Source: Macrostomum hystrix | Taxonomy: Eukaryota > Animalia > Platyhelminthes | Reading direction: 5' to 3' | Length of the DNA: 64,000 nucleotides | Assembly: GCA_950097015.1 (NCBI GenBank) | Contig: CATNEN010000002.1 | Location: forward strand, 8,680,001-8,744,000 | Shown here: one piece after another, positions 46,435 through 57,455 of the stretch | Numbering within the stretch: the stretch's first letter is position 1 | Layout of the letters: every line of letters starts with the position of its first letter | Program-made: the position numbers and the translations under genes | The notes under the pieces: generated by a model | Seen by the model: the letters and a program-made list of their open reading frames with translations, nothing else | Told to the model about the DNA's origin: nothing | Database searches by the model: none

Positions 46435-47076
46435 GGGTAATGTATCATCAACCAAACAAGAATGTGTATTTTTTAACTTCAAACCTAAGCTACAGATTTT
46501 CTATTGAAGATATGATGATAAATCAAAAGCCAAGTTATAGAAAACAGTTACATCTTTCTAAAAAGTATCTGCTTTTGCTATTTTACCAAATAGAAAAAAA
46601 GTTATTCCTGCTTTTTATCTAAAACCGAACAATGATTTTCATGTATCTTCAAATCAAACAGAGAATTTGATATTTGGTTTTACAATTTGAGTGAGTGGTT
46701 TAATCTTATTTTAAGGAGTGAACTATCATGAATTATGTAATTTGAAAGCATTTTTCATGCTCTATAAATAACTATATTTATGGTCATTTAATTGGCAAGC
46801 AACCACATACAATCTTCATCTAAAGTACATACTGAAAAAATGTAGTTAAAAAGTATGCTTTTGCAATAAAAATTTCTACTGAAACATCAATATCTTTCTT
46901 TCCTCTTAATGCTTCATTGCACATCATGCCTCAGCTTGTAGATAATTTCTTCAACTTTCAAATTAGTTGTTCTGTGAAACACAATAGCTTGTTTATGTCT
47001 TGCACAAGACCAAGGAAGAAGTCAAAATTCTTGTTTGGTTTTGAAGATACACTGTTCGGTTGATGATACATTACCC
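46435..47076. mobile_element. MITE-like element, 642 bp, 24-bp TIRs, TA flanks (Tc1/mariner/pogo-type)
   Basis: TA|GGGTAATGTATCATCAACCAAACA ... TGTTCGGTTGATGATACATTACCC|TA (one mismatch). Confidence 0.75.
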
Positions 47077-47646
47077 TAATTCATTGCGTTTTTTCGAATC
47101 GAAATATTTTCTCTTTATCTTTAGCTATATAGCTAATACAAAACACCTAGCTAAAAACACAAACAAAAACAAAAACACTTATTTGAATAGTTTAGAATTC
47201 CATTTTCAGTAGGCCTAAAGGGCCAAATTCAGGGCCAAACTCCATATTGGTATCTTAGCATCAGATTGACATCATGGAATTTAACACATTAAAGGTTAGT
47301 AAGTTCCATGCATGATTTCAGGCTATATAGCTAAGTATTGAATCACAAAATACATTAAATTGGTAGCTATGTATTTAATTTAATTGCTGCTTTGTGTATA
47401 GTTACCTCTGCTTTTCTTTGTTGACAAATCCAATCAGACAAAATGATTTTACATAACATTAATTTGTTATGTTAGGCCTAGTACTAGGCCTAGCATCAAT
47501 ACAATAATTAATACTACTGGCTTTTTACTTACAATTGATTAATTTATACTTGCTGTTATTGTTATCAGTTGTGAAGTAGTTTTTGGAGTAGCTATTTATA
47601 CATAATTTCTTTTCACACTGTGCCTTTAATAGTGCATGAGTCCAGC

Positions 47647-48987
47647 CAATGTTTTGAAGCATACATGTGCAACCTCCCAAATTTACACCGGCCGTGCGAC
47701 TTCGTTTTTAAAAAAAATGCGACATACCTATGCTTAAATTTTTTTATCTGGGTAAACGGCAGGGGTAACTATGACTGTGTTGCAATAGTAAAATGCCTCG
47801 CCTCGTCATCTAATTTGTCTTCCGCTGGCAGCAGAGTGCACTCTGGCGACTCGATCGTCAGAAGTCTCCATGTCAGATCCAGAATCTGAGGCCAGTAGAG
47901 ATGCTACAGCAGCACGTGCTTCACAGAGGACAATTTCTGGACAGTTCACCATTCTTTTACAGAGTTTAATTACTTCACACAAAGTTGACTTCTGTGCTTA
48001 CCGCAGCAAAGGCCCAGTTAAATTTTGGAGTCACTTTTTGGAGAAAAGGACCGTCGACTGGCTGCCTAAAATAAAGCACCTAATTTTGGTTGTACTGACG
48101 TTGCCTATATCGTCTGCTGAGGCTGAGCGTGGCTTTTCAATTTATAAACACATAGCTTACGATAGAAGAACACGTCTAATGCCCAAGACTCTGGAACATT
48201 TAACTGCGAATTCGCATTAATGGACCACCATTGAGAAAGTTTAAACCAGATCAATATGTAAATGACTGGCTTAAGAGTCACTGGCGATCTGATGCTCCTG
48301 GAGGTCGTCAACAGCAACGTACTGCAACTTCTGATGCGGAGAATATAGAAGACTCACATTCGGACTTGCAGAGTGGACTTTTTTGAGTTCAGTAACTTCA
48401 GTTCCTACCCCATAAGTTTAATGCACTGTAATAAATCTGATTGCGACTTACCTCCCCCTGAATGTGACTTACCTCCCCCTGAATGTGACTTACTTCCCTC
48501 TGAATGCGACTTACTTCCCTCTGATTGCGACTTACTTCCCTCTGATTGCGACTTACTTCCCTCTGAATGCGACTTACTTCCCTCTGAATGCGACTTACTT
48601 CCCTCTGAATGCGACTTACTTCCCTCTGATTGCGACTTACTTCCCTCTGAATGCGACTTACTTCCCTCTGAATGCGACTTACTTCCCTCTGATTGCGACT
48701 TACTTCCCTCTGAATGCGACTTACTTCCCTTGGAATGCAACTAAGTTGCCTCTGATTGCAGATTTTGTCACGTTTTGCTTCTTTCCCCATTTGCTTTCCT
48801 TCCTTTCTTCTTTCCTTTCTCTGCTTTCCTCCTTTTCCTGCCTTCTTTTCTTTTTTTCCGCTCGTTTTTTTCTGTCCGATTTTTTTCTCGGGTGGCCATT
48901 TTTGCGACTTACCTTGCTCGGCCGCTCGTCACCCGGCCGGATCGGCCGGGTCGGCCGGGTGTTGCGCATGTATGTTTTAAAGCATGA
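47647..48987 (+). mobile_element. hAT transposon deletion derivative with C-terminal dimerisation-domain remnant
   Basis: LVVLTLPISSAEAERGFSIYKHIAYDRRTRLMPKTLEHL, then after a frameshift RIRINGPPLRKFKPDQYVNDW. Degenerate 27-bp TIRs (21/27: CAATGTTTTGAAGCATACATGTGCAAC vs TCATGCTTTAAAACATACATGCGCAAC); no clear 8-bp TSD. Confidence 0.75.
48440..48735. repeat. 21-bp minisatellite (GCGACTTACTTCCCTCTGA[A/T]T), ~14 copies, inside the hAT remnant
   Basis: Direct tandem periodicity. Confidence 0.95.
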
Positions 48988-49344
48988 TGTATAGTTACTG
49001 TTAAAAACAAAGCAGCCTATTTACAAAAATATTGCTTTGAAATTTATTAACAATTGTTTATGTGGCTTTGCAATACATGCACTCATGCTGAAAAGACCTA
49101 ATAAATAATTTAATATTCCTGAAACATTTCACAAAAGTCTAATTTTACGTGTCAAATTAAAAATTACAACTGAGTTAGCTTTTTTATAGAGGTTTATCAA
49201 TTAAATCATTGCAGAATTTGCAGCTTATGGCTAAAGCTGTCCATTTAGATGAGCCTTGTCACAAAAATCAATGGCTGCAGACCACAAGAGATTATGTCAA
49301 TCAGGAAACCTTGGTAATTATGGCATGAGCTGCTTGGAGTACAG

Positions 49345-50190
49345 GTGTGAGAGTGTCATGAGCTGCTGTATGTGCTGAGTGACAGTGTGAGTGTGTCATG
49401 AGCTGCTGTATGTGCTGAGTGACAGTGTGAGTGTGTCATGAGCTGCTGTATGTGCTGAGTGACAGTGTGAGTGTCATGAGCTGCTGTAATGTTCTGAGTG
49501 ACAGTGTGAGTGTGTCATGAGCTGCTGTATGTGCTGAGTGACAGTGTGAGTGTCATGAGCTGCTGTATGTGCTGAGTGACAGTGTGAGTGTGTCATGAGC
49601 TGCTGTATGTGCTGAGTGACAGTGTGGGTGTGTCATGCGCTGCTGTATGTGCTGAGTGACAGTGTGAGTGTGTCATGAGCTGCTGTATGTGCTGAGTGAC
49701 AGTGTGAGTGTGTCATGAGCTGCTGTATGTGCTGAGTGACAGTGTGAGTGTGTCATGAGCTGCTGTATGTGCCGAGTGACAGTGTGAGTGTCATGAGCTG
49801 CTGTATGTGCTGAGTGACAGTGTGAGTGTGTCATGAGCTGCTGTATGTGCTGAGTGACAGTGTGAGTGTGTCATGAGCTGCTGTATGTGCTGAGTGACAG
49901 TGTGAGTGTGTCATGAGCTGCTGTATGTGCTGAGTGACAGTGTGAGTGTGTCATGAGCTGCTGTATGTGCTGAGTGACAGTGTGAGTGTGTCATGAGCTG
50001 CTGTATATGCTGAGTGACAGTGTGAGTGTCATGAGCTGCTGTATGTGCTGAGTGACAGTGTGGGTGTGTCATGCGCTGCTGTATGTGCTGAGTGACAGTG
50101 TGAGTGTGTCATGAGCTGCTGTATATGCTGAGTGACAGTGTGAGTGTCATGATCTGCTGTATGTGCTGAGTGACAGTGTGGGTGTGTCAT
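49345..50190. repeat. 38/40-bp minisatellite ((GT)GTGTCATGAGCTGCTGTATGTGCTGAGTGACAGTGTGA), ~21 copies
   Basis: Direct tandem periodicity; ends ~80 nt before the F4 acceptor, so probably intronic. Confidence 0.95.
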
Positions 50191-50269
50191 TAGCTGCTTT
50201 GTATTTCTAGCGCCTCAATAAGTTAAAAGCAAAAGAGACTCGACTAGAACTTTTCAATTTTTTTTACAG

Positions 50270-52249
50270 CATCTTAGACATTGCTTACTGGAGCATCTGC
50301 CCAATGAGCTGCTCACACGAGTCCTCTCTGAGATGGACCAGACCAGCCGGTCAAAGTGCGCTCAGTTGAGCCGCCGCTGGCAGCAGCTGGCCATGCAGCC
50401 GCGGCTGTGGCGCAGGCTTCGGATCAACGATGGACCTGGCATTGACGTGGAGCTAATGCGTCGTCTGTCCGTCTGGCTTTCTGGCTCGCTGCTTGAGCTT
50501 GACTTTAGGTTTAAAGCGCAGAACCTGGCTGGCGCCTCGCTGCTGACTTCGTTGCTGACTAACGCGCGCAATCTGCAGCATCTCGCCGTTCATTGGCTAA
50601 GGAGCTCGCCAGGTGAGTACAACCCACTCTCATTTCTGGGCAGCTGCTGCCCCCACTTGCGGACTCTGCGACTGCTGCTGTGCTTCAGCGATGCGGTAGC
50701 GACTGCCGGCGCGCTGGCGCAGCTGCAGGCCGGCTGCCCGGACCTCTCGCATATGGAAATCGTTGTGTCCCATGTCAGCCTAGAGCCGCAGATTGCGTCA
50801 ACCTTCGCTTCCCTGATTGGTCGCTTGAAGTCTCTCAGCCTGGGCCTGAACTTCCCTTATTGGTCGATATTTCCTAAGCTATCCGTGTGCGCTGAGCTGC
50901 GGTCTTTGGCCCTGTGCAACATTAGAGAGTCAGGTGAGCGGCCGTGTCTGGAGTATTACGCAATCGCAGTGTATGTGTTTTTTATTCTTCAATTAGCATA
51001 TATGGAGACACTGGAAGCCGGTGGCTATGGGCGAGAGTACAACAGTGGCTCCTTAACGAGTTATACCGTTTTATATTGCTAAAGATCTGCGCGCTGCCTC
51101 TCTAAAACATTATTGAAACACTATAAGCCTATTAGGCGTTTGGACTCAACTGCTTCGACTTTAAAAGGTGGCATGATGAATCCAAGCGACGTGGTAGTTT
51201 GTAGATTGCGGACGATTAGCAAGTCTTATTTGGTCCATACGTCTTTATCCTAAAACTTGGCAGACATCCACCCCACACCCCATCCTTGCTAGACCTTCTA
51301 CCACTGCTACCCCGGCTGCCCGGCTTGTCCGAGCTTACGCTGCGTTTCGGCGCAGTCACCGACGTCTTCATCCGCAGCCTGGCTGATGTCTGCCGCGATC
51401 TCCGCTCCCTTCGACTGCAGGGTGGTCTTGCTAGCGGGCTGACTTCAGACAGCCTCTTAATGCTGCTGGAAGGCTGCCAAAAGCTGCGGTGCCTGGACGT
51501 GCTGGACTACCTGAAGCTGCACAGTGCTGACTACCGACGTGTTGTGTCATCTCTGCCAGCAGGCCTTGCAGAACTGCGGCTGCAATGCACAGAGCTGACC
51601 GAGGAGGACCTGAAGGTGCAGCTGCCTGGGGGCCTGAGGCGGCTGGAGCTCCGCCTGCTCTCTAGCAGCAGTAGGGACAGTGTTCGAGGACTACGGGCTG
51701 GCGTGGCAGGTTGCGCAGGTGAGAACTGGCGTCTGTTTGCTGTTTGTCATTTAAAAGCTTTCAATATGATGCTTTTGCTAAAAATCTGCAGAGCTAACAC
51801 ACCTGAATTTAACTGACTGTCACGATGAGCTCCTGCCAGCTCTGCTCAGTAAGCTGCCTCGCCTGCACTGCCTCCGCTTCACCGACTGCCGCAATCTCAG
51901 CCGCCTGGCCTGGACCAACTTGCGTGCTCTGACCGGCAGCTCGCCTGATCTGCATGAGCTGCAGGCCTTGCAGTGCCCCGAGTCCAGCCTCACCGATGAG
52001 GCGGTGGCCGACCTGTGCTCCAGTCCTGTTGCCAGGGGCCTCCGGCGTCTAAGGCTTCAGCCCTGCCATCAGTTGACTGGTGCCTCTCTCGCCAGCATCG
52101 CGGGCGCCTGCCCCTGGCTGACCGGCCTCTGGCTCCCAGGCTGCCGTCAGCTGGCTCCAGCGGATCGGGCTCTCATTGCCTCTGGCTTTGACTGCGAGGT
52201 CGACTTCTACCAGTCCATCTCGCTGCTGCCTTGGCCAGACATTTCCTGA
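50270..52249 (+). CDS. F-box/LRR protein paralogue F4 (exons 50270-50933, 51293-51718, 51792-52249; first exon not located)
   Basis: HCLLEHLPNELLTRVLSEMDQTSRSKCAQLSRRW F-box plus LRRs; phase-1 junctions; 426-bp middle exon. Confidence 0.88.
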
Positions 52250-53130
52250 TTGTTTTGGTCTGGCTTGAGATTCAGATTGAGTTCATTTTAAGCCTGCATT
52301 TAAGCATGTTCTTGTATAGAACTACTTAACATAGTACTTAACATTGGTACCGTTTTTACCTGGTTTGGTTTTTACCTGAATTAGCATGGAAATCGGATTA
52401 TTAAAGTAATACGCAATCATCTTCGATGACAAAGCGTTTTCAGTTTACTGCGGTTTCTTAAAATCTGATTGTTTTGCGGTCCTAGTGATCACAGTTCTGC
52501 GTATCAGCTTGACAGGAATGATAAAGTGCTGTCCTTGAACGAATTATAACTACAACCATAACTACTCGTATATTCTGTAACGAATGAAAAGCCTCCGAAT
52601 GTCTACATTCAGGATTTAACTGAATTGAGTGGGCTAACTTCAGCAATGGCAGTAATGAATAAGTTTATACAAAAATGTCAAGCCTGCTCGAGTCAATTTA
52701 TTGAAATAACAGTTGGGATCTTATTCCCTTTGCATTGCAATTGATAACTGAAAAAATTAGAAAAAACGACAAAAAAACTGGTGCACAAATGTCTATTGCA
52801 AAAAAACTGCTGCATGTATTTTGTGCCGAAACAAAAAAACTTTTTTCCATGCACTGCTGTTTAGAAATAAATATTCGCTGAATTTTGCAATGGGTTTGGT
52901 CTGCAAAAAAACGATTTCAGGTGTTAAAAACCTAGATGCTTACCTGCCGCACCTGTGCAGCTTTTTGGCCACTAAATTTGGAATACTAAAAGCGTTTTAT
53001 AAAACCGAATTTTGTCCCTGAAAGCAAGATTTCACACGCACTTCCGCAAAATGAAACAAAGTGACATCAGCGAAAAGCACGCGCGCAGTGACCCATTTTG
53101 AAGTTTCTATGAAGTCCTGCTGGGACTGGG

Positions 53131-55437
53131 CTAAATGTAACCGAAAGGCTGGCTTCGCTGCTCAAAGCTTGGCGGCCCCGGGAACGGCCAGTTGTCACCG
53201 AAGCCATGCCGACCTCCCAGGCCGCCGAGCTGAACAGCGGAGCTCGGCTGCGCGGTGTCCAGGTTGTCCAGTCCGAAGTCCATGCCGACGCCGCTGCCAA
53301 AAGCATCGTCAGCGCCACTTCCAAAGCCGTCGCCGATGCCGCTTTCGAAGTCGTTGCCAAAACCGTTGCTAGAGCCGCTACCATAGCCGTCAGCAGCATT
53401 GTTGCCGAATTCATTGTCAACAACGCCGCCAAAGCCATTGCCAGCAGCACTGCTGCAGGTACCAAAGCCATCGACAATGCCGCTTCCAAAGCTACATTTA
53501 TTGCCAGTGCAGCTGACAAAACCGTTGCCAGCATTGCTACCGAAGTGATTGCCAACGCCTCTGTCAAATTCGACGGCCAAGCCATCGGTAACGTCATTGC
53601 AAAATCTCTCGTTAAAGACACGACTGTGGCCGCTACCAAAGTTCTTAGTACAGCCACCAAAACCGCTAGTTAGACCAGCACCAAAGCCGCCTCCGCACCC
53701 ATGCTCGCTAAGGCCGCTGTCAAAGTCACTGCGTAGACTGTTTACAAAGCTGTTCCCAGGAAAGTTGCCAAGGCCGTTGCGAAAGCCGCTATCCAGGCCG
53801 TTGGCAAGGCCACCAGTTCCGCCACTTTGCCCCATGTGGGCCGCTGGGTTGAAATTAAGCGAACCAAGGCCTCGATTTGCATCAAATTTAGTGTTTAGCA
53901 TACGATTCTGAGAATAGGGTAGCGGTGGATCCAAGTCGCTAAAGTTTTCTGGCACTCGCCAATCGTCCTTGTCGACAGGATACTCCTGCGCAATCTGGGA
54001 GAAATCTTCCGCAGGGTGAACCCAGCTGTTGTTTGTGTTCGCCCAGTTGACGCCGTTACCAACTGACGGCCAGCCACCATTCATGTTGGGCCACGGGCGT
54101 TCAAGTTGGCTGAAGTTTGCTTGCAGCGGTGATAAGTCGTCGAAGTCGTTTCGATTTTGATTTCCGCAGTCCGGATTATCAAACATGCGTCCACCGTGAA
54201 TGCACATATTGCCCTGTGGCAAGCAGTTGGATAGATTTTTATGCGCTGTCCGCTGGTTTTGAGCCTGAAACTGTAGCTGCTGAAGGATCGCTGAAGAATT
54301 TTGAATGTAAGGCAGCCCAAATTGTTGCTGAGCTGGAGGTGGCGGCGGCGGGGGTTGCGGCGGCGGTGGTGGCGGCTGCGGCGGTGGCGGCGATCGCGCT
54401 TTAGACTGAGTTGGCATCGCTGGCTGCTGACCCTTTATCCCTGGAGTCCCACGCACTGGACTATTTGGTGGAGGTCTGTTCATTGATAAATTAGGGGTAG
54501 TAAACTGGTTAATTCCTCCATTTCCACATGCAACAAAAGTAGAAGGTGATGGGCGTGGCAACTGCTCATTGCATTGCTGAATCTGCGCACTGGTCGCCTT
54601 GTTTTTGGTAAGCTGCTTTTCCCTTCCGCATTGTTGGTTGTCCGAGTACTGGGTGCGATCCTCTGCATACCCGCCACGTTGTCCATCCCAGATTTCGTTT
54701 TCCTGACCGTTCGCGTTCCGATTCCGCTGTTCTACCGCGTAACTATTGTGTTTATCGTTTGAAAGCTGGTCGCTTGAATATTTGCTTCGCTCACCATCCA
54801 GACACCTTTCGCGCTGATCCTCCACGAGCCGGCGATTGCTGCCCTGGTATCTAGTGCGCTGGTCATTGGCATATGAATCTCGACCAGGACTTACGTCTCG
54901 GCGTCTGTTCACTCGACTGTCTGAGTACCTGCCGTCTCTATTTATCAGCTGCGACTGCGATGGCGGCGGAGTTGTTAGTAGCTGCGACTGGAATCGATGG
55001 CGGCTGGTCATGCTGGACGAAGTGCGCTCGCACTGCTCTTGATTCCTGCTACGCTGAACTTCTGCCGGCTGCGAGCAGTTGGTGTTGCTGTCCGCCAGGT
55101 ACAGACTACCACCGCTCCTTGATTCTGTGTTCGCCTTGTCGCTTAGGGAGGTTCCCACCGTCCAAGTGGGGAAGACAAAACTTTGAGTACTTCTAATAGA
55201 TGGCGCATAATAGGAATACGCAGATGAGGAACGTGTCCATTCGTCTGGCTCGGACTCCCAGTTGCGTCGCTGCTTTTGCTGCTTTTGCTGTGGCTGCTGA
55301 TCTGCAGTCAGTGTGTCTCTGCTTTCGCTTGACGATCTACTTGTCGGAGTTCCCCGCGTTCTTGAGGGGCCAGCCCTCCGCAGCTCGGAATTGACATTAG
55401 AGGCGTTGCTCCTAAATCTGCTCATCGAGTGAGACAT
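53131..55437 (-). CDS. Intronless 768-aa low-complexity/disordered protein (S/R-rich, R/D/Q-rich, poly-P, G/F/N-rich tail)
   Basis: 2.3-kb uninterrupted ATG-started ORF not built from a perfect nucleotide repeat; coherent compositional blocks. No folded domain recognised. Confidence 0.75.
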   Translation of the reverse strand: MSHSMSRFRSNASNVNSELRRAGPSRTRGTPTSRSSSESRDTLTADQQPQQKQQKQRRNWESEPDEWTRSSSAYSYYAPSIRSTQSFVFPTWTVGTSLSDKANTESRSGGSLYLADSNTNCSQPAEVQRSRNQEQCERTSSSMTSRHRFQSQLLTTPPPSQSQLINRDGRYSDSRVNRRRDVSPGRDSYANDQRTRYQGSNRRLVEDQRERCLDGERSKYSSDQLSNDKHNSYAVEQRNRNANGQENEIWDGQRGGYAEDRTQYSDNQQCGREKQLTKNKATSAQIQQCNEQLPRPSPSTFVACGNGGINQFTTPNLSMNRPPPNSPVRGTPGIKGQQPAMPTQSKARSPPPPQPPPPPPQPPPPPPPAQQQFGLPYIQNSSAILQQLQFQAQNQRTAHKNLSNCLPQGNMCIHGGRMFDNPDCGNQNRNDFDDLSPLQANFSQLERPWPNMNGGWPSVGNGVNWANTNNSWVHPAEDFSQIAQEYPVDKDDWRVPENFSDLDPPLPYSQNRMLNTKFDANRGLGSLNFNPAAHMGQSGGTGGLANGLDSGFRNGLGNFPGNSFVNSLRSDFDSGLSEHGCGGGFGAGLTSGFGGCTKNFGSGHSRVFNERFCNDVTDGLAVEFDRGVGNHFGSNAGNGFVSCTGNKCSFGSGIVDGFGTCSSAAGNGFGGVVDNEFGNNAADGYGSGSSNGFGNDFESGIGDGFGSGADDAFGSGVGMDFGLDNLDTAQPSSAVQLGGLGGRHGFGDNWPFPGPPSFEQRSQPFGYI

Positions 55438-57455
55438 GGAGCATCGGGCTTCATTACTTTTTTAAAGTAGAGAAAAAATGCTTCTGCTTGCTTGTTCTTC
55501 ATTTAGCATTACAGTTTATTATCTATGGCTAAAAGCCTCGAAAGGCTCGTTTTCTCAAAATATTCTCGAAATTCTCGAAATAGCTAGTTTTCTCAGCGTT
55601 CCCGCAATACATATTCGCTCCCTGCTGGGGAATCTTTGCCTAAAGCCATCTATGGGTGATTCTCATTGTCTGCCTTTGGCTTGAGCTAATTGAGCGTTGG
55701 CTTAAGAGAGCAGCTTGCTCAAAAAGCTTTAAAATAAAATATTAAAGTCTGATCTTGTGCATATCTGACACAATGCATGTATGGTTGAAGTATTTGAGTG
55801 AGAACCAAGGCCTTCTGACTCGGAAAAACACAATAAAGCTAGCTTGCTATTTACCCGCGTTAACTATACTTTCATGTATCTGCAACTATAGTTAAACAAA
55901 TATCTTTATGGCTCACCCTGCGTGACCTTGAAATGGCAAAAAGCCTCTCAAACGTAAACAATCATTTTTCTCTTTTTTGTTCGTCAAAATGCGCTCGCCT
56001 TTTTGTACTTTACCTCTTTTCCACGTGTCAAGCGCGCCCACCCCAAACTCCCTCTCCCATCACATCATGCTTTCTATCATTGCTGCGCAGTACAGCATGA
56101 TCGAGCTGATTGTATCTGACCGATGCATGTAGTAGGCATAAATCATTTCCTCTTTTTCGATTGCCCACCCACCTCCCTCCCTTCGTCGGTTCTCCCAGTC
56201 ATAAGTGTTGTTACGTAAACGCGAGCCCATCTCCCTCGTAGGTTATAAATAATTCTCTTTTCCAAATGCGCACCCACCCCACTCCCCGTACCAAACAATC
56301 ACTGATCGGCTGGCGAGGTACGTGATCTGGCTGTGCAACGAACAGTTCAAGGATGGTCGGCCTGATTATTCGATCACGGTGTGATCAGGTGATCAGTACT
56401 GAGGTAATCAGTACAAACCTTAACTGCGATGTAGTACAATTCAGTACAGCTTGTTTCTAATTATATATAAATGCCAATGTAGACAACGAACTTCAAATGT
56501 ACACATAAGCTATAAGTATAGGCTTTGGGAAGTATCGCACACGAGACTGCATTGAAGCCGAACCTTAACTGATTAGAAGTAAAAACTAGAACGTGGGCTG
56601 TCTCAAGTCTGGACACTCTCGACCGTGGGTTGGGCCCTCAATCTATGCTGCATCCTTATAAAAATATAAAAAACACAAAAATCAGCTGGGTGCTATCTAC
56701 TTTTGGCTGCAACTGCTGAACGCGACATCACCCAAGGATAAGAGTCGCATCGATCGACGCATTAGGAAGCTAACTGTCAAGATTCGGTATTTTCACATCC
56801 GTTTTTCTGTTCTACATATAGTTGTTTACAGAAAACTGTAAACCTGAGCTGTACATAATTTTGACTAAATTGAGGCTCTTAACGTATCGTTAATTTCGTT
56901 CAATTTTCAGTAGATTTCTGTAATCAAAGTGGCTGTCAGGGTAGTTTTTACATATAAACTTACGACTACCTTAGTAGCAACTGCCCTCGAAGAAACAGTA
57001 CTATTTTTGCTGCAAAACATCAGTTCATTCGTTTTTTTCTCCAAATTTCTAGCTTTTTCTGTGATCTTTCTCACCTGCCATGTACAAAAAATCCACGTAC
57101 ATCCGATTTTAGTGTACCCTCCAAAGCCAATCTCACAAACACGTGCGTTTGAGGCTCTCTACGTTACAACTAGTCAATAATGTTTTTACTTTTCTCATAT
57201 TCTCTGTTTCGCGATCAGTGAATTTAAGGCTCTCTACGTAGTATTCATTCCAAACACTACCCTTCAAGACTTTGTTAGGCTCTAGGCTGTCCTTTTATTT
57301 GAATTTTGGCTATTCATCGAAACTGAAGTTAAATTTCTATTTTCGACACGATTTTCTAAAATTAGATGTTTATTTGGTCAGTGTCTCATCCAGTCAAGTA
57401 AGCGCGCTTATTGTACACTTGCCTCATAATGCTATGCAACTAGTGCAGTCTACCT

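Noticed and set aside
48373-48994. Repetitive ORFs (CDLLPSE, SKSHSEG, REVSRIQ)
   Set aside because: Translations of the 21-bp minisatellite within the hAT remnant.
53067-53911. Ala/Val-rich ORFs of 120-197 aa overlapping the 768-aa ORF
   Set aside because: Alternative-frame or antisense shadows of the Gly-rich coding sequence.
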